DNA of 64,000 nt from an uncultured bacterium (GTDB lineage: Bacteria; Patescibacteriota; Patescibacteriia; CAIQCM01), in assembly GCA_963708045.1 (NCBI GenBank), contig OY970181.1:707740-771739 (forward strand). Reading direction: 5' to 3'. Of this stretch, positions 17,848-26,873 are shown one piece after another (positions within the stretch are counted from its first letter, which is position 1; every line of letters begins with the position of its first letter). Below the pieces are notes generated by a model. It searched no databases. It was not told where the DNA came from and was given only the letters and a program-made list of their open reading frames with translations. The translations under genes and the position numbers were made by a program.

Positions 17848-18768
17848 ATGGGCTATTACGAAGAACGAAGACTCGAGCTTGCGCAAGAATTAGGTGAACA
17901 GGTAGCTTTAGTTGTCAAGATTGGAGATAGGCTGGTTCATGGGCGAGCTGTTCTTGGTGAGTTGGAACAAAAACACGCTCGGGTATCATGGTTTCCAGTT
18001 GCTGGTAATGTTGACGCGGCTGGATTGCGACTTACGGAGGCAAGGGAAAGGCTAGTCAAAGCGGTCGGGTATTTAGGGAATTGTGATCGTCAGGCGATTA
18101 ACCAAATGGACGTCTTGATTGACACGGCACGCCAGCGTTTGCTCCAGGCGAGCAACTGCATAGAATCGCTTACGGTTTGTCGCGATACACTTGCAGAACT
18201 AGAAAAAGGCTCGAGGCTTAACGTTCCAAGATTGTCTGAATTGTTAGTTGTGGCAAGTCGCTGTTCTCAAGATAGCGATATGACGGAGGTTAACAATTTA
18301 ATGCGTCAAACTAGTGACGAAGATGGCAAACAACACCCCGACCTTCTACTGATCGCTGATTTGCACGGTCGCGCTGAAGTGGCTCTAAATAGTATTTTGG
18401 CGAAGCGTGGAGATTCGCGAATGGTTGAATGGGAAACAAGGCGTCTTGGGAACGTTCAGTTTGTTGCGAGAATAATTATCAAACTCTTGGAGCAGTACGT
18501 GCTTGACCACTATGAGGCTTTTGTTCCTCAGCCGCCGGATCTCTCCGCCCTCCGAACGCTTCTCAGTTTGTCTGAGTTCGGGCCGCCACGACAAAATCTC
18601 AAAGTGCAGATGCAATATGCTGAGAGGGCATTGCGCGATGCTCGTGATAATCTCGTCAAGGCGGAAGCGGTGGGTGGTTGCTATGTCGGTGTGAAAGGGC
18701 GAACAAAAATGCAATATAACTTGGCCAGTTTGCACGGCGGCGATAATGCCGCACCAGATCCGCATTAA
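17848..18768 (+). CDS. Coiled-coil/helical hypothetical protein (island)
   Basis: 306-aa ORF with its own promoter and terminator. Confidence 0.65.
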   Translation: MGYYEERRLELAQELGEQVALVVKIGDRLVHGRAVLGELEQKHARVSWFPVAGNVDAAGLRLTEARERLVKAVGYLGNCDRQAINQMDVLIDTARQRLLQASNCIESLTVCRDTLAELEKGSRLNVPRLSELLVVASRCSQDSDMTEVNNLMRQTSDEDGKQHPDLLLIADLHGRAEVALNSILAKRGDSRMVEWETRRLGNVQFVARIIIKLLEQYVLDHYEAFVPQPPDLSALRTLLSLSEFGPPRQNLKVQMQYAERALRDARDNLVKAEAVGGCYVGVKGRTKMQYNLASLHGGDNAAPDPH

Positions 18769-18789
18769 CCGAATGACTTAAGACAAACG

Positions 18790-18819
18790 ACCTCGCCTGG
18801 TACGCCGGGCGGGGTTTTT
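18790..18819 (+). terminator. Intrinsic terminator
   Basis: acctcgcctgg tacg ccgggcggggt tttt. Confidence 0.65.
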
Positions 18820-18966
18820 CTTTATTTATAAAATACAAAAGACCACCCCGATTAAAGGGTGATCTTTTTTGCTGAGCCGACCTCGGTCCAAGTAGGCAAG
18901 CTAAGCTTGTCTTGTGGTAGCGAAGCTGAGCTTCGCCGTCATTCTTGAAACCGAGCTCTGCTCGGG

Positions 18967-19041
18967 TAGCCCCAACCGGATTTGAACCGGTGTATCCACG
19001 TTGAGAACGTGGCGTCCTAGGCCAGACTAGACGATGAGGCC
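18967..19041 (-). tRNA. tRNA-Glu (anticodon CTC), CCA not encoded contiguously
   Basis: GGCCTCATCGTCTAGTCTGGCCTAGGACGCCACGTT-CTC-AACGTGGATACACCGGTTCAAATCCGGTTGGGGCTA folds as a cloverleaf. Confidence 0.93.
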
Positions 19042-19045
19042 GTAT

Positions 19046-19087
19046 TGGCACGTGGCACGTAGCACGTGGCACGTAGTTTGTAGTCTG
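19046..19087. repeat. One-armed heptamer array (TRGCACG family, same orientation as 12484-12574)
   Basis: tggcacg tggcacg tagcacg tggcacg tagtttg tagtctg. Confidence 0.9.
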
Positions 19088-19186
19088 TGTTGTTAAACAG
19101 AAAATATTATCACAATTTTAGAATAAAAAATCAATAGTCCCGTCGGCGTCGGCGGGACTATGTTGAGCGGGGAAGGGTGCGGCTAG

Positions 19187-19498
19187 TTAGTCGCCCAGTC
19201 CCTGTACTCGTGGCGGGTCGTTTGTGAGATGTGCTGTTCTGGGTACGCCGCTTCGCACTCTGACGCCTGATCTGATTCTCGGTCTTTTGCGGACAAGTTC
19301 TGTTGGCTCTGGTTCTTTCCATGTTTTTAAAATCAACAGAATGGCGAACAGTATTGAAACTAGGGGTAAACCGATTAGAGGCGCTAAGTCACCATATTGA
19401 ATGTTTTCCCAGACGATGCTTTTGGGTGTGTTTTGTTCAAGGTATAGCGTCGCGGTAAACGGTACGACTACTCCGATGATTAAAAGAACGTTTTTCAT
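19187..19498 (-). CDS. Small membrane protein, two TM segments
   Basis: ATG at 19498 after SD GGGAGG; MKNVLLIIGVVVPF...LIGLPLVSILFAILLIL. Confidence 0.6.
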   Translation of the reverse strand: MKNVLLIIGVVVPFTATLYLEQNTPKSIVWENIQYGDLAPLIGLPLVSILFAILLILKTWKEPEPTELVRKRPRIRSGVRVRSGVPRTAHLTNDPPRVQGLGD

Positions 19499-19597
19499 CT
19501 TGATTCCTCCCAATGTTTTCCGACAAATAAATTTATCACGCCGCGTTTTAGGCGTCAATGTTGACCGCAAAGCGCCGGCGTGGGAATATTTGAGCGT

Positions 19598-20296
19598 ATG
19601 TTAAATGCTTTAAGCTGGTTCTGGGATAAATTTTTGTACGCGCCGCTATTTAATGCGTTAATTTGGCTTTATAACGGACCGGCCGACCAAAATTTGGGCG
19701 CGGCGGTTATTTTGCTAACCATCGGCATTCGCCTTCTAATTTTGCCGGTTTCAATTTTAGCGGAACGCAGTAAGCATATTTACGTTACGGTTGAAGAAGA
19801 AATTTTGGAAATTGAAAAACAGCATAAAAACGATCCGGAAATTCAAAAAGAACGGATTCGCGAACTTTTGCGCAAACGTCACGTGTCGCCGTGGTCGCGG
19901 GTGGCCTCACTTGGGCTCCAGCTTTTAGTGCTCATCATTTTGTACCAGGTATTTATGGATGGTATTAAAATGAGTAACTTTAAAGCGCTCTATCCGTCCG
20001 TTATCCACCCTGACATTGTCTTTACTTATTTTTGGGGAATTAATTTGGGCGCGCGCGATTGGATCGGCGCGGCGGTCATCGCCCTTTGGTTATATTTTGA
20101 AATTAGTCACGATCAAAAAAAACACGGCGAAAGCGTAACTAAGGCTGATATTTTTTATCGCGTGGCGTTTCCGATTTTTTCCTTTGTCGCGCTTTATTGG
20201 TTGCCGTCGGTTAAGTCCCTCTTTATCTTGACCTCTATGATCTTTTCCGTTATAATCAGCTCATTCAGAAAGATATTTTTCGGGCACAAAGAATAA
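19598..20296 (+). CDS. yidC: YidC/Oxa1 family membrane protein insertase
   Basis: NLGAAVILLTIGIRLLILP, a coiled-coil hairpin, LQLLVLIILYQVF, FWGINL. Confidence 0.8.
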   Translation: MLNALSWFWDKFLYAPLFNALIWLYNGPADQNLGAAVILLTIGIRLLILPVSILAERSKHIYVTVEEEILEIEKQHKNDPEIQKERIRELLRKRHVSPWSRVASLGLQLLVLIILYQVFMDGIKMSNFKALYPSVIHPDIVFTYFWGINLGARDWIGAAVIALWLYFEISHDQKKHGESVTKADIFYRVAFPIFSFVALYWLPSVKSLFILTSMIFSVIISSFRKIFFGHKE

Positions 20297-20303
20297 GTAA
20301 AAT

Positions 20304-20870
20304 ATGGCAGAATCATTAGATAAAATAATGTATTCGTTCGTGGTTGAAGACGTCATTAAAGGACTCTTCATTCACGTGCCGCCGGGCTACGTTGCCTGCG
20401 TTTATGATATGGGCAGGGGAGTCTTGCGCAAGGTTTTAACCCCCGGCCTTCACCTTAAAATTCCTTTTTGGCAAAAAGCCAAACTATTTAATATTCAAAC
20501 GCTGGAGTATTCTATTAGTCGCGATTTTAATTTAGATGATTTGAAAACGCTGGGCGACGTGCCGATTCCGGTTGTGACCGCCGATGGCAAACGCGTTAGC
20601 ATTGAAGGAACAATTTTGCTTCGTTTGGATATTGAACACATCCCCGCGATTTGGCAGTGGGTTGGCGAGGACTTTGTCGCTAAAATCGTGCGGCCGACCG
20701 TGCGCTCGCGTCTCAGAATGATCGCGGCCAAGTATGCGCATCAGGATATGTTGTCGCAGTCGCGGGTTGCTGTTGAAGCTGATACCAAGTCAGAATTAGA
20801 AGGAATTTTTCATCCGCGCGGAATCCGCGTAGAAAACGTTTTGCTTTCCGAGATTGCTTCGCAGAAGTGA
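20304..20870 (+). CDS. SPFH/band 7/prohibitin domain protein
   Basis: VPPGYV, LTPGLHLKIPFWQ, IVRPTVRSRLR, GIRVENVLL. Confidence 0.85.
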   Translation: MAESLDKIMYSFVVEDVIKGLFIHVPPGYVACVYDMGRGVLRKVLTPGLHLKIPFWQKAKLFNIQTLEYSISRDFNLDDLKTLGDVPIPVVTADGKRVSIEGTILLRLDIEHIPAIWQWVGEDFVAKIVRPTVRSRLRMIAAKYAHQDMLSQSRVAVEADTKSELEGIFHPRGIRVENVLLSEIASQK

Positions 20871-20884
20871 CGATAAACAGGGTC

Positions 20885-20923
20885 TTGACGAACTAATTAG
20901 CACTCTATACAATAGAGTGCTAA
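20885..20923 (+). promoter_or_regulatory. Perfect CIRCE operator (20897-20923) overlapping a sigma70 promoter
   Basis: TTAGCACTC-tatacaata-GAGTGCTAA; TTGACG at 20885, N17, TACAAT at 20908. Confidence 0.95.
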
Positions 20924-20932
20924 AATGTTTTT

Positions 20933-21592
20933 ATGAAGAAACTAGAGGTCAGAAAGGAAACAATTCTGGATTCTTTGGTTAGAGAATACGTAAAAACCGC
21001 CGAGCCGGTAAGTTCGCTGTACCTTTCGGAAAAAGCCGAGTTGGCGGTTTCTTCGGCAACGGTTAGAAATGAATTGGCCGATTTGGAAAACGAGGGGTTT
21101 CTTGTTCAGCCGCATACGTCCGCCGGCCGTATTCCAACCGAAAATGCTTACCGGTATTTTGTTGAATATTTGTCGCGGCCGCAAAAAAACGACAGCGTTT
21201 TTGTTGCTCGGCTGCAATCGTTTTTTAAAGAACGCGACGACGCCAAAGCCGCGGCCAAGATGCTGGCGGCCGAAACTAAGGAATGCGTTTTTGTTCTGTT
21301 TGAACCGAATGATACCTATTATACCGGACTGACTAATCTTTTTTCGCAGCCGGAATTTGGCGAGCGCGAGATTGCCTTAAATATTTCCGGCGCCCTTGAT
21401 CAGTTGGACGAAGCTGTGTCCAAATTAAAACACGAAGGCGGCGTTAAAACGCTTATTGGTCGCGAGTGTCCGCTTGATCGGCGCTCTTCAATTGTTTATG
21501 TGGGCGCTGGAAAGCGGATCGTCGGTGTTGTTGGGTTGGTGCGAATGGATTACGAAAAAATTATTGGGCTCTTAAATTCACTCAATAAATAA
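20933..21592 (+). CDS. hrcA: Heat-inducible transcription repressor (short form)
   Basis: EYVKTAEPVSS, SSATVRNELADLE, QPHTSAGRIPT, RMDY; CIRCE upstream. Confidence 0.93.
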   Translation: MKKLEVRKETILDSLVREYVKTAEPVSSLYLSEKAELAVSSATVRNELADLENEGFLVQPHTSAGRIPTENAYRYFVEYLSRPQKNDSVFVARLQSFFKERDDAKAAAKMLAAETKECVFVLFEPNDTYYTGLTNLFSQPEFGEREIALNISGALDQLDEAVSKLKHEGGVKTLIGRECPLDRRSSIVYVGAGKRIVGVVGLVRMDYEKIIGLLNSLNK

Positions 21593-21656
21593 CTGTTAAC
21601 TGTTAACTTTTAACTATTAGGTTGCTAAAAGTTAAAAGCTAAAAGTTAAAAGTTAA
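21590..21656. repeat. Heptamer array with inverted arms (TAACTKT / AAAGTTA family)
   Basis: taactgt taactgt taacttt taactat ... taaaagt taaaagc taaaagt taaaagt; starts on the hrcA stop. Confidence 0.9.
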
Positions 21657-21657
21657 T

Positions 21658-22101
21658 ATGGAAGAAATAAATAATAATCAACAAGAACCAATAATTGAAG
21701 AATTAAAAAAGCAGGCCGAAGAAAATTTAAACGGTTGGAAACGATGCAAAGCTGATCTGATAAATTTGCAGAACGATACTGCGCGCGAACGCATTGAATG
21801 GGCAAAATTTGCCGCCGCCGGTTCGCTCCAAAGACTGCTCCCGGCCATTGACACGCTTGCCGCCGCCGCCGCGCATCTTCCTGAATTAAATGACACCGTT
21901 CGCAAGTTTGAAGAGTATTTAAAAGGTGAAGGTATTACGGAAGTTGAAGCGGTTGGTATATACAATCCTTCGCTACACGAGGTAATCAGCAAAGAAAAAA
22001 AAGAAGGCGCCGAAGCGGACGTGATCACGACGGTTGTTCAAAAGGGGTACCGGCTACACGACAAATTACTCCGCCCAGCCAAAGTGATTATTGCGGAATG
22101 A
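21658..22101 (+). CDS. grpE: Nucleotide exchange factor GrpE
   Basis: WKRCKADLIN, YNPSLHEVI, VVQKGYRLHDKLLRPAKV. Confidence 0.92.
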   Translation: MEEINNNQQEPIIEELKKQAEENLNGWKRCKADLINLQNDTARERIEWAKFAAAGSLQRLLPAIDTLAAAAAHLPELNDTVRKFEEYLKGEGITEVEAVGIYNPSLHEVISKEKKEGAEADVITTVVQKGYRLHDKLLRPAKVIIAE

Positions 22102-22132
22102 AATAAAAAAATTTGATAAACTGTTGATTAGG

Positions 22133-22239
22133 TGGCGTCATTCCGAGCCTGTCTGGTCGCTCTGTCCAAGGCGAGGAATCACGAAGCTTGCTAGAGACTT
22201 TGAGTTCCCTCATCGCTTCGGCTCTTCGGGATGACGCCA
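22133..22239. mobile_element. CGTC-tagged REP/MITE-like palindromic element, copy 1
   Basis: Ends tggcgtcattccga...tcgggatgacgcca; reverse-complement homologue at 35828-35933. Confidence 0.75.
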
Positions 22240-22247
22240 AAAACGGA

Positions 22248-22279
22248 TTAGGTATTAGATATTAGAAATTAGATATTAA
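22248..22279. repeat. One-armed heptamer array (TTAGATA family)
   Basis: ttaggta ttagata ttagaaa ttagata ttaa. Confidence 0.75.
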
Positions 22280-22290
22280 TAATAAAATAT

Positions 22291-22707
22291 ATGTCCTTAA
22301 CTCCTTGGCACGACCCGTTTGAAGAAGTTGAACAAATGATGAAAGATTTTCGTCCGTCAATTTCGGGCGGCAATTTCTCATTTGCTCCCTCCGTTAACGT
22401 TTACGAAACCGAAAAAGCGGTTGTGGTTGAGTCGGCGATCCCTGGCGTTGATCCGAGTGACGTTGAAATTTTTATTGAAAACGATGTTTTGACGATAAAA
22501 GGCCAGACAAAAAAATCTTCGGAGCTTGATGAAAAAGATTTTTATCGCAAAGAAATACGTGAAGGTGGTTTCTTACGCCGCGTCGCCTTGCCGGTTGGGG
22601 TTTTGGGCGAACAAACAGAAGCAGAATTTAAAGACGGTTTATTAAAAATAACAGCACCTAAGGCAGAATCGCCAAAGGCAAAAACGATCAAAATTAACAT
22701 CAAATAA
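22291..22707 (+). CDS. Hsp20/alpha-crystallin small heat shock protein
   Basis: PSVNVYET, IPGVDP, LTIKG, FLRRVALP, AEFKDGLLKIT. Confidence 0.93.
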   Translation: MSLTPWHDPFEEVEQMMKDFRPSISGGNFSFAPSVNVYETEKAVVVESAIPGVDPSDVEIFIENDVLTIKGQTKKSSELDEKDFYRKEIREGGFLRRVALPVGVLGEQTEAEFKDGLLKITAPKAESPKAKTIKINIK

Positions 22708-22721
22708 AATAATATTTACTT

Positions 22722-24551
22722 ATGCCAAAAATAATTGGAATTGATTTAGGAACGTCAAACAGCGCCGCTTCGGTTATGCAAGGCGACGCACCGATAATGA
22801 TTCCCGCGGCTGAAGGCGCGTCTATCGGCGGCAAGGCGTTTCCGTCGTATGTCGCAATGACCAAAGACGGACAGTTGCTCGTCGGCGAACCAGCACGTCG
22901 CCAGGCGGTCGCTAACCCCGAAGGAACGGTTTACGCGGCCAAGCGCAAGATGGGAACGAGCGAAAAAATAACCATGGCCGGTAAGGAATATACTCCTCAG
23001 CAAATTTCCGCGTTTATTCTTCAAAAAATAAAGCGTGACGCAGAGGCATATTTGGGTGAACCGGTTTCAAAAGCGGTTATTACCGTGCCAGCGTATTTTA
23101 ACGATGCCCAACGCCAAGCAACTAAGGATGCTGGCGCGATTGCTGGGCTGGAAGTTGTTCGCATTGTAAACGAACCAACAGCGGCGGCTTTGGCCTATGG
23201 TTTAGACAAAGGTCATAAGGATCAAACGATTTTAGTTTTTGATCTTGGGGGTGGAACCCTGGACGTTACAGTAATGAAATTCGGTGGCGGCGTTTTTGAA
23301 GTTATTTCAACTTCTGGCGACACGCATTTGGGCGGGACGGATATGGATAATGCAATCACAAGCTTTGTCGTTTCCGAATTTAAACGCGAAAGCGGCATTG
23401 ATATTTCCGTCAACAAAATGGCGACGATTCGTCTTAAAGAAGGTGTGGAAAAAGCTAAGATAGAACTTTCCACGGTTTTGGAAACGGAAATTAATTTGCC
23501 GTTTATTACCGCTGACGCAACGGGACCAAAACATTTGGTAATGAAATTAACGCGCGCCAAACTAGAAGAATTAGTCGGGCCAACGATTGATCGTTGTCGT
23601 CATCCGTTAGAGCAGGCGCTTACCGATGCCAAACTTACGCCAACCGAAGTTGGCGCGGTAATTATGGTCGGTGGTCCAACGCGAATGCCGATCGTCTCCG
23701 GTTTTGTGGAAAAATATTTAAACAAAAAAGTTGAACGCGGCGTTGACCCAATGGAATGTGTTGCCAAGGGCGCGGCGGTTCAAGCGGCAATTCTTTCGGG
23801 CGACGTTAAGGATGTATTGCTTTTGGACGTTACGCCGCTTACCCTTGGTATTGAAACAATGGGCGGTGTTTCCACGCCGCTTATCACGAGAAATACAACT
23901 GTCCCAACTTCAAAGAGCCAGGTCTTTTCCACGGCCGCGGACAACCAGCCGTCGGTTGAAATCCACGTCCTTCAAGGCGAACGTCCGATGGCTTCCGACA
24001 ATCGCACGCTTGGACGCTTTATGCTAGACGGAATTCCGCCGTCGCCGCGCGGCTTGCCGCAAATTGAAGTAATTTTTGACATTGACGCAAACGGCATTCT
24101 TACGGTTACGGCCAAAGACAAAGCGACAAACAAAATGCAAAATATCGTCATTCGCGATACCTCGGCGCTTTCTAAGGAAGAAATTGAACGGATGCAAAAA
24201 GAAGCGCAGGCGCACGCCGAAGAAGATCGCAAAAAGAAAGAAATTATTGAATTGCGCAATCAAGCCGACGCCACTATTTACCAAACGGAAAAAACAATTA
24301 AAGAAGTTGGTGAAAAAGTTCCGGCTGATATTAAAAAAGCGATTGACGAAAAAATCGCGGCGGTTAAGGCGGCCAAAGACGGCACCGACGCGGCCACGCT
24401 TAAAAAAGCGCTGGACGAACTTTCCGAAACAATCCAAAAGATCGGCGCCGAACTCTACAAAAATCAAACCCCGCCCGCGGGCAACCCGACGACTGAACCG
24501 AAAAAAGATGATAATGTTGTTGAAGGCGAAGTCGTTGATGACAAGAAATAG
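22722..24551 (+). CDS. dnaK: Chaperone DnaK (Hsp70)
   Basis: [47 protein letters not shown]. Confidence 0.98.
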   Translation: MPKIIGIDLGTSNSAASVMQGDAPIMIPAAEGASIGGKAFPSYVAMTKDGQLLVGEPARRQAVANPEGTVYAAKRKMGTSEKITMAGKEYTPQQISAFILQKIKRDAEAYLGEPVSKAVITVPAYFNDAQRQATKDAGAIAGLEVVRIVNEPTAAALAYGLDKGHKDQTILVFDLGGGTLDVTVMKFGGGVFEVISTSGDTHLGGTDMDNAITSFVVSEFKRESGIDISVNKMATIRLKEGVEKAKIELSTVLETEINLPFITADATGPKHLVMKLTRAKLEELVGPTIDRCRHPLEQALTDAKLTPTEVGAVIMVGGPTRMPIVSGFVEKYLNKKVERGVDPMECVAKGAAVQAAILSGDVKDVLLLDVTPLTLGIETMGGVSTPLITRNTTVPTSKSQVFSTAADNQPSVEIHVLQGERPMASDNRTLGRFMLDGIPPSPRGLPQIEVIFDIDANGILTVTAKDKATNKMQNIVIRDTSALSKEEIERMQKEAQAHAEEDRKKKEIIELRNQADATIYQTEKTIKEVGEKVPADIKKAIDEKIAAVKAAKDGTDAATLKKALDELSETIQKIGAELYKNQTPPAGNPTTEPKKDDNVVEGEVVDDKK

Positions 24552-24562
24552 ATTAAAACCTG

Positions 24563-25621
24563 ATGAAAGATTATTACAAATCTCTCGGTATAGATAAAAA
24601 CGCCACGACGGAAGACATTAAAAACGCCTTCCGTCGTTTGGCGATGGAACATCATCCGGACAAGGGCGGTGAAGCGGAAAAGTTTAAAGAAATCAACGAG
24701 GCGTATCAGGTGCTTTCCGACGAAAAAAAGCGCGGCCAGTATGATCGCTATGGCACGGTTAATGATAATCCTTTCCAAGGCGGGGGCGCGCAAGGGTTTG
24801 GTGGACAAGGTTTTAATGTTAATTTTGAAGACCTCGGCGATATTTTTGGCGGCTTTGGCGATATTTTTGGAATGGGTGGGCGAGGCGAACGCGCTAATCG
24901 CGCCGGCGCCGACATTCACGCCGACATCACGCTTGATTTTAACGAAGCGGTTTTTGGCACGGAAAAAAATGTTGATTTGTATAAACAAGTCGTTTGCCAT
25001 AACTGTACCGGCACGGGTGGTGAACCGGGTTCCAAAGAAAAGAAATGCAACGAGTGTCATGGTAGTGGTCAGGTAACACGGACACAGCGCACAGTTTTTG
25101 GCCAGTTTAATACGGCGGCAACTTGCACGACCTGCGGCGGACGCGGCAAGACTTATGAAAGCAAATGTTCTCATTGTTCCGGACGGGGGATTGTCAAAGA
25201 AACAAAAAATCTCAAAATTAAAATTCCAGCGGGAATTGACAACGGTTCAACACTTCGGGTAAGGGGCGAGGGCGAAGCGATGGCGAGCGCCGCGGCTGGG
25301 GACTTGTATATCACGATGCGCGTTAAGCCAAGTCCTGACTTTGTCCGCGACGAATATAATATTTTAAGTGATTTGGTTTTGTCGTACCCAGCGGCCGCGC
25401 TTGGTACGGTTAAGCCGGTGAAAACGGTTGATGGCGAGGTTGAACTTAAAATCCCCGCAGGCACGCAAAGCGGAAGTGTGATAAAATTAAAAAACAGGGG
25501 AGTGCCAAGGTTAAACGCTGACGTTCGCGGCGATCATCTAGTACGAGTAATTGTTGAAGTGCCGCGCAAGCTTTCTAAGAAGCAGAAACAGCTCTTGGAG
25601 CAGTTACGAGATAATGAATAA
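24563..25621 (+). CDS. dnaJ: Chaperone DnaJ
   Basis: J-domain HPD, G/F region, four CxxCxGxG repeats. Confidence 0.97.
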   Translation: MKDYYKSLGIDKNATTEDIKNAFRRLAMEHHPDKGGEAEKFKEINEAYQVLSDEKKRGQYDRYGTVNDNPFQGGGAQGFGGQGFNVNFEDLGDIFGGFGDIFGMGGRGERANRAGADIHADITLDFNEAVFGTEKNVDLYKQVVCHNCTGTGGEPGSKEKKCNECHGSGQVTRTQRTVFGQFNTAATCTTCGGRGKTYESKCSHCSGRGIVKETKNLKIKIPAGIDNGSTLRVRGEGEAMASAAAGDLYITMRVKPSPDFVRDEYNILSDLVLSYPAAALGTVKPVKTVDGEVELKIPAGTQSGSVIKLKNRGVPRLNADVRGDHLVRVIVEVPRKLSKKQKQLLEQLRDNE

Positions 25622-25626
25622 TTAAG

Positions 25627-25713
25627 AGGTTTCAGGTTCAAGGTTCAAGGTTTTAGGTGATTAACGTTACGACGTGCTACCTAACACCTAACACCTAAAA
25701 CCTTGAACCTAAA
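25627..25713. repeat. Heptamer array with inverted arms (AGGTTCA / ACCTAAC family)
   Basis: aggtttc aggttca aggttca aggtttt aggtgat ... acctaac acctaac acctaaa accttga acctaaa. Confidence 0.9.
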
Positions 25714-25715
25714 CA

Positions 25716-26234
25716 ATGAGAGATTTCTTTTCCAACTTCAACCCCGCCAACCCGACCTGGGACTTATTCCTGATCCTGTTTTTTGTCATTGCCACTTTTC
25801 TTTACGGCCTCACGCTTGGCCGCGCTAAAGTGGTTGTGCAGATTGTTTCGTCGTATATGACGGTGGCGATTCTTGCCTCGGCGCCTTTTCTTGGCAGGTT
25901 TGAAGCGCAGACGCCGCTTAATCACACGCTTTTTTATTTAGCCGCCTTTTTTGCCGTTTTTACTTTGCTTTGCGTGATGCTTTCAAAAAGCGCTTTTCAT
26001 CTGCACCTTGCCGAAGGCAAGGGTGGCTGGTTGGATGTGCTGATTCTTTCAATCGTTCAAATCGGCTTTTTGTCGTCAATTGTTTTGTCTTCAATGTCGG
26101 GTTTTATTTTAAGCCACCTGTCGCCGATAACCAGGAAATTATTTGCCGAAGAACCGGCGCAGTTTATCTGGACGATTTTGCCAATCATGGCGCTCATAAT
26201 TATCCGCGGCCGACCAAAGAAGTTGGTTAAATAA
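25716..26234 (+). CDS. Multi-pass membrane protein
   Basis: 172 aa with about five hydrophobic segments. Confidence 0.7.
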   Translation: MRDFFSNFNPANPTWDLFLILFFVIATFLYGLTLGRAKVVVQIVSSYMTVAILASAPFLGRFEAQTPLNHTLFYLAAFFAVFTLLCVMLSKSAFHLHLAEGKGGWLDVLILSIVQIGFLSSIVLSSMSGFILSHLSPITRKLFAEEPAQFIWTILPIMALIIIRGRPKKLVK

Positions 26235-26244
26235 ATTTGTCTGT

Positions 26245-26775
26245 TTAAAACGTTTGAAAAGAAATTTTTGTCGCGTCAAAAGAATCTGATTGGGAGATGT
26301 CGTTGTCCGCAAAAGCGGTTACGACCATTGTCAGTTTGATGTCTGTTGGATCAATATTTATTTCGCGCATCGGTGAAGGCGGGGCGACGATTATTCCTTT
26401 TTTAAAATCAGCTTGAAATTTTTTTAGATCAGCTTTTATTTCGGCGGCCGATTTGCTCACCATAGCGACAAATTTAGTGTTAGGAGTAAAGTGGGCAATT
26501 TTTGTTTCGGTTTTTGGGTCAGCGCCGGAACCGTTAGTTGGGGTAAAGGCAATAATTAGATCGTTTTTGTCAACGCTTTTAACAGTGCCGGTGATATTAG
26601 TAATCGGCGAGCCTTTGACTTTGGTGGTATTTTTGGTTCCTATCTCATTGATTCGGCTGCCTTCGGTCAAGTCTTTGATAAGCGTGGTATTGGAGACGAT
26701 ATTTACGATGGACAAAGATAGACCGGTTAAAATGACGAAAACCAAAATGAGCCAATATATTCGCGTTAATTTCAT
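26245..26775 (-). CDS. Membrane-anchored hypothetical protein
   Basis: N-terminal TM followed by a beta-rich domain (ITGTVKSVD). Confidence 0.65.
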   Translation of the reverse strand: MKLTRIYWLILVFVILTGLSLSIVNIVSNTTLIKDLTEGSRINEIGTKNTTKVKGSPITNITGTVKSVDKNDLIIAFTPTNGSGADPKTETKIAHFTPNTKFVAMVSKSAAEIKADLKKFQADFKKGIIVAPPSPMREINIDPTDIKLTMVVTAFADNDISQSDSFDATKISFQTF

Positions 26776-26873
26776 AGGTTTTGATTTATTTACGAAATCA
26801 GTTTTTCACCGATATTAATTCATTATATATCTATGGACGAGAAAATGAAATAAAGCTATTCTGTAGTCATAAT

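Noticed and set aside
12575-18960. Island as a prophage or defence island
   Set aside because: No recognisable phage structural, integrase, nuclease or methylase motifs, although orphan functions cannot be excluded without searches
22722-23100. DnaK lacking the N-terminal subdomain insert of about 23 aa
   Set aside because: This is the normal form in monoderm bacteria and archaea, so it is not novel
24024-25174. Long antisense or alternate-frame ORFs over dnaK/dnaJ (also 58463-59086, 26943-27470, 6168-6566)
   Set aside because: Shadows of well-supported genes, with no motifs or start signals
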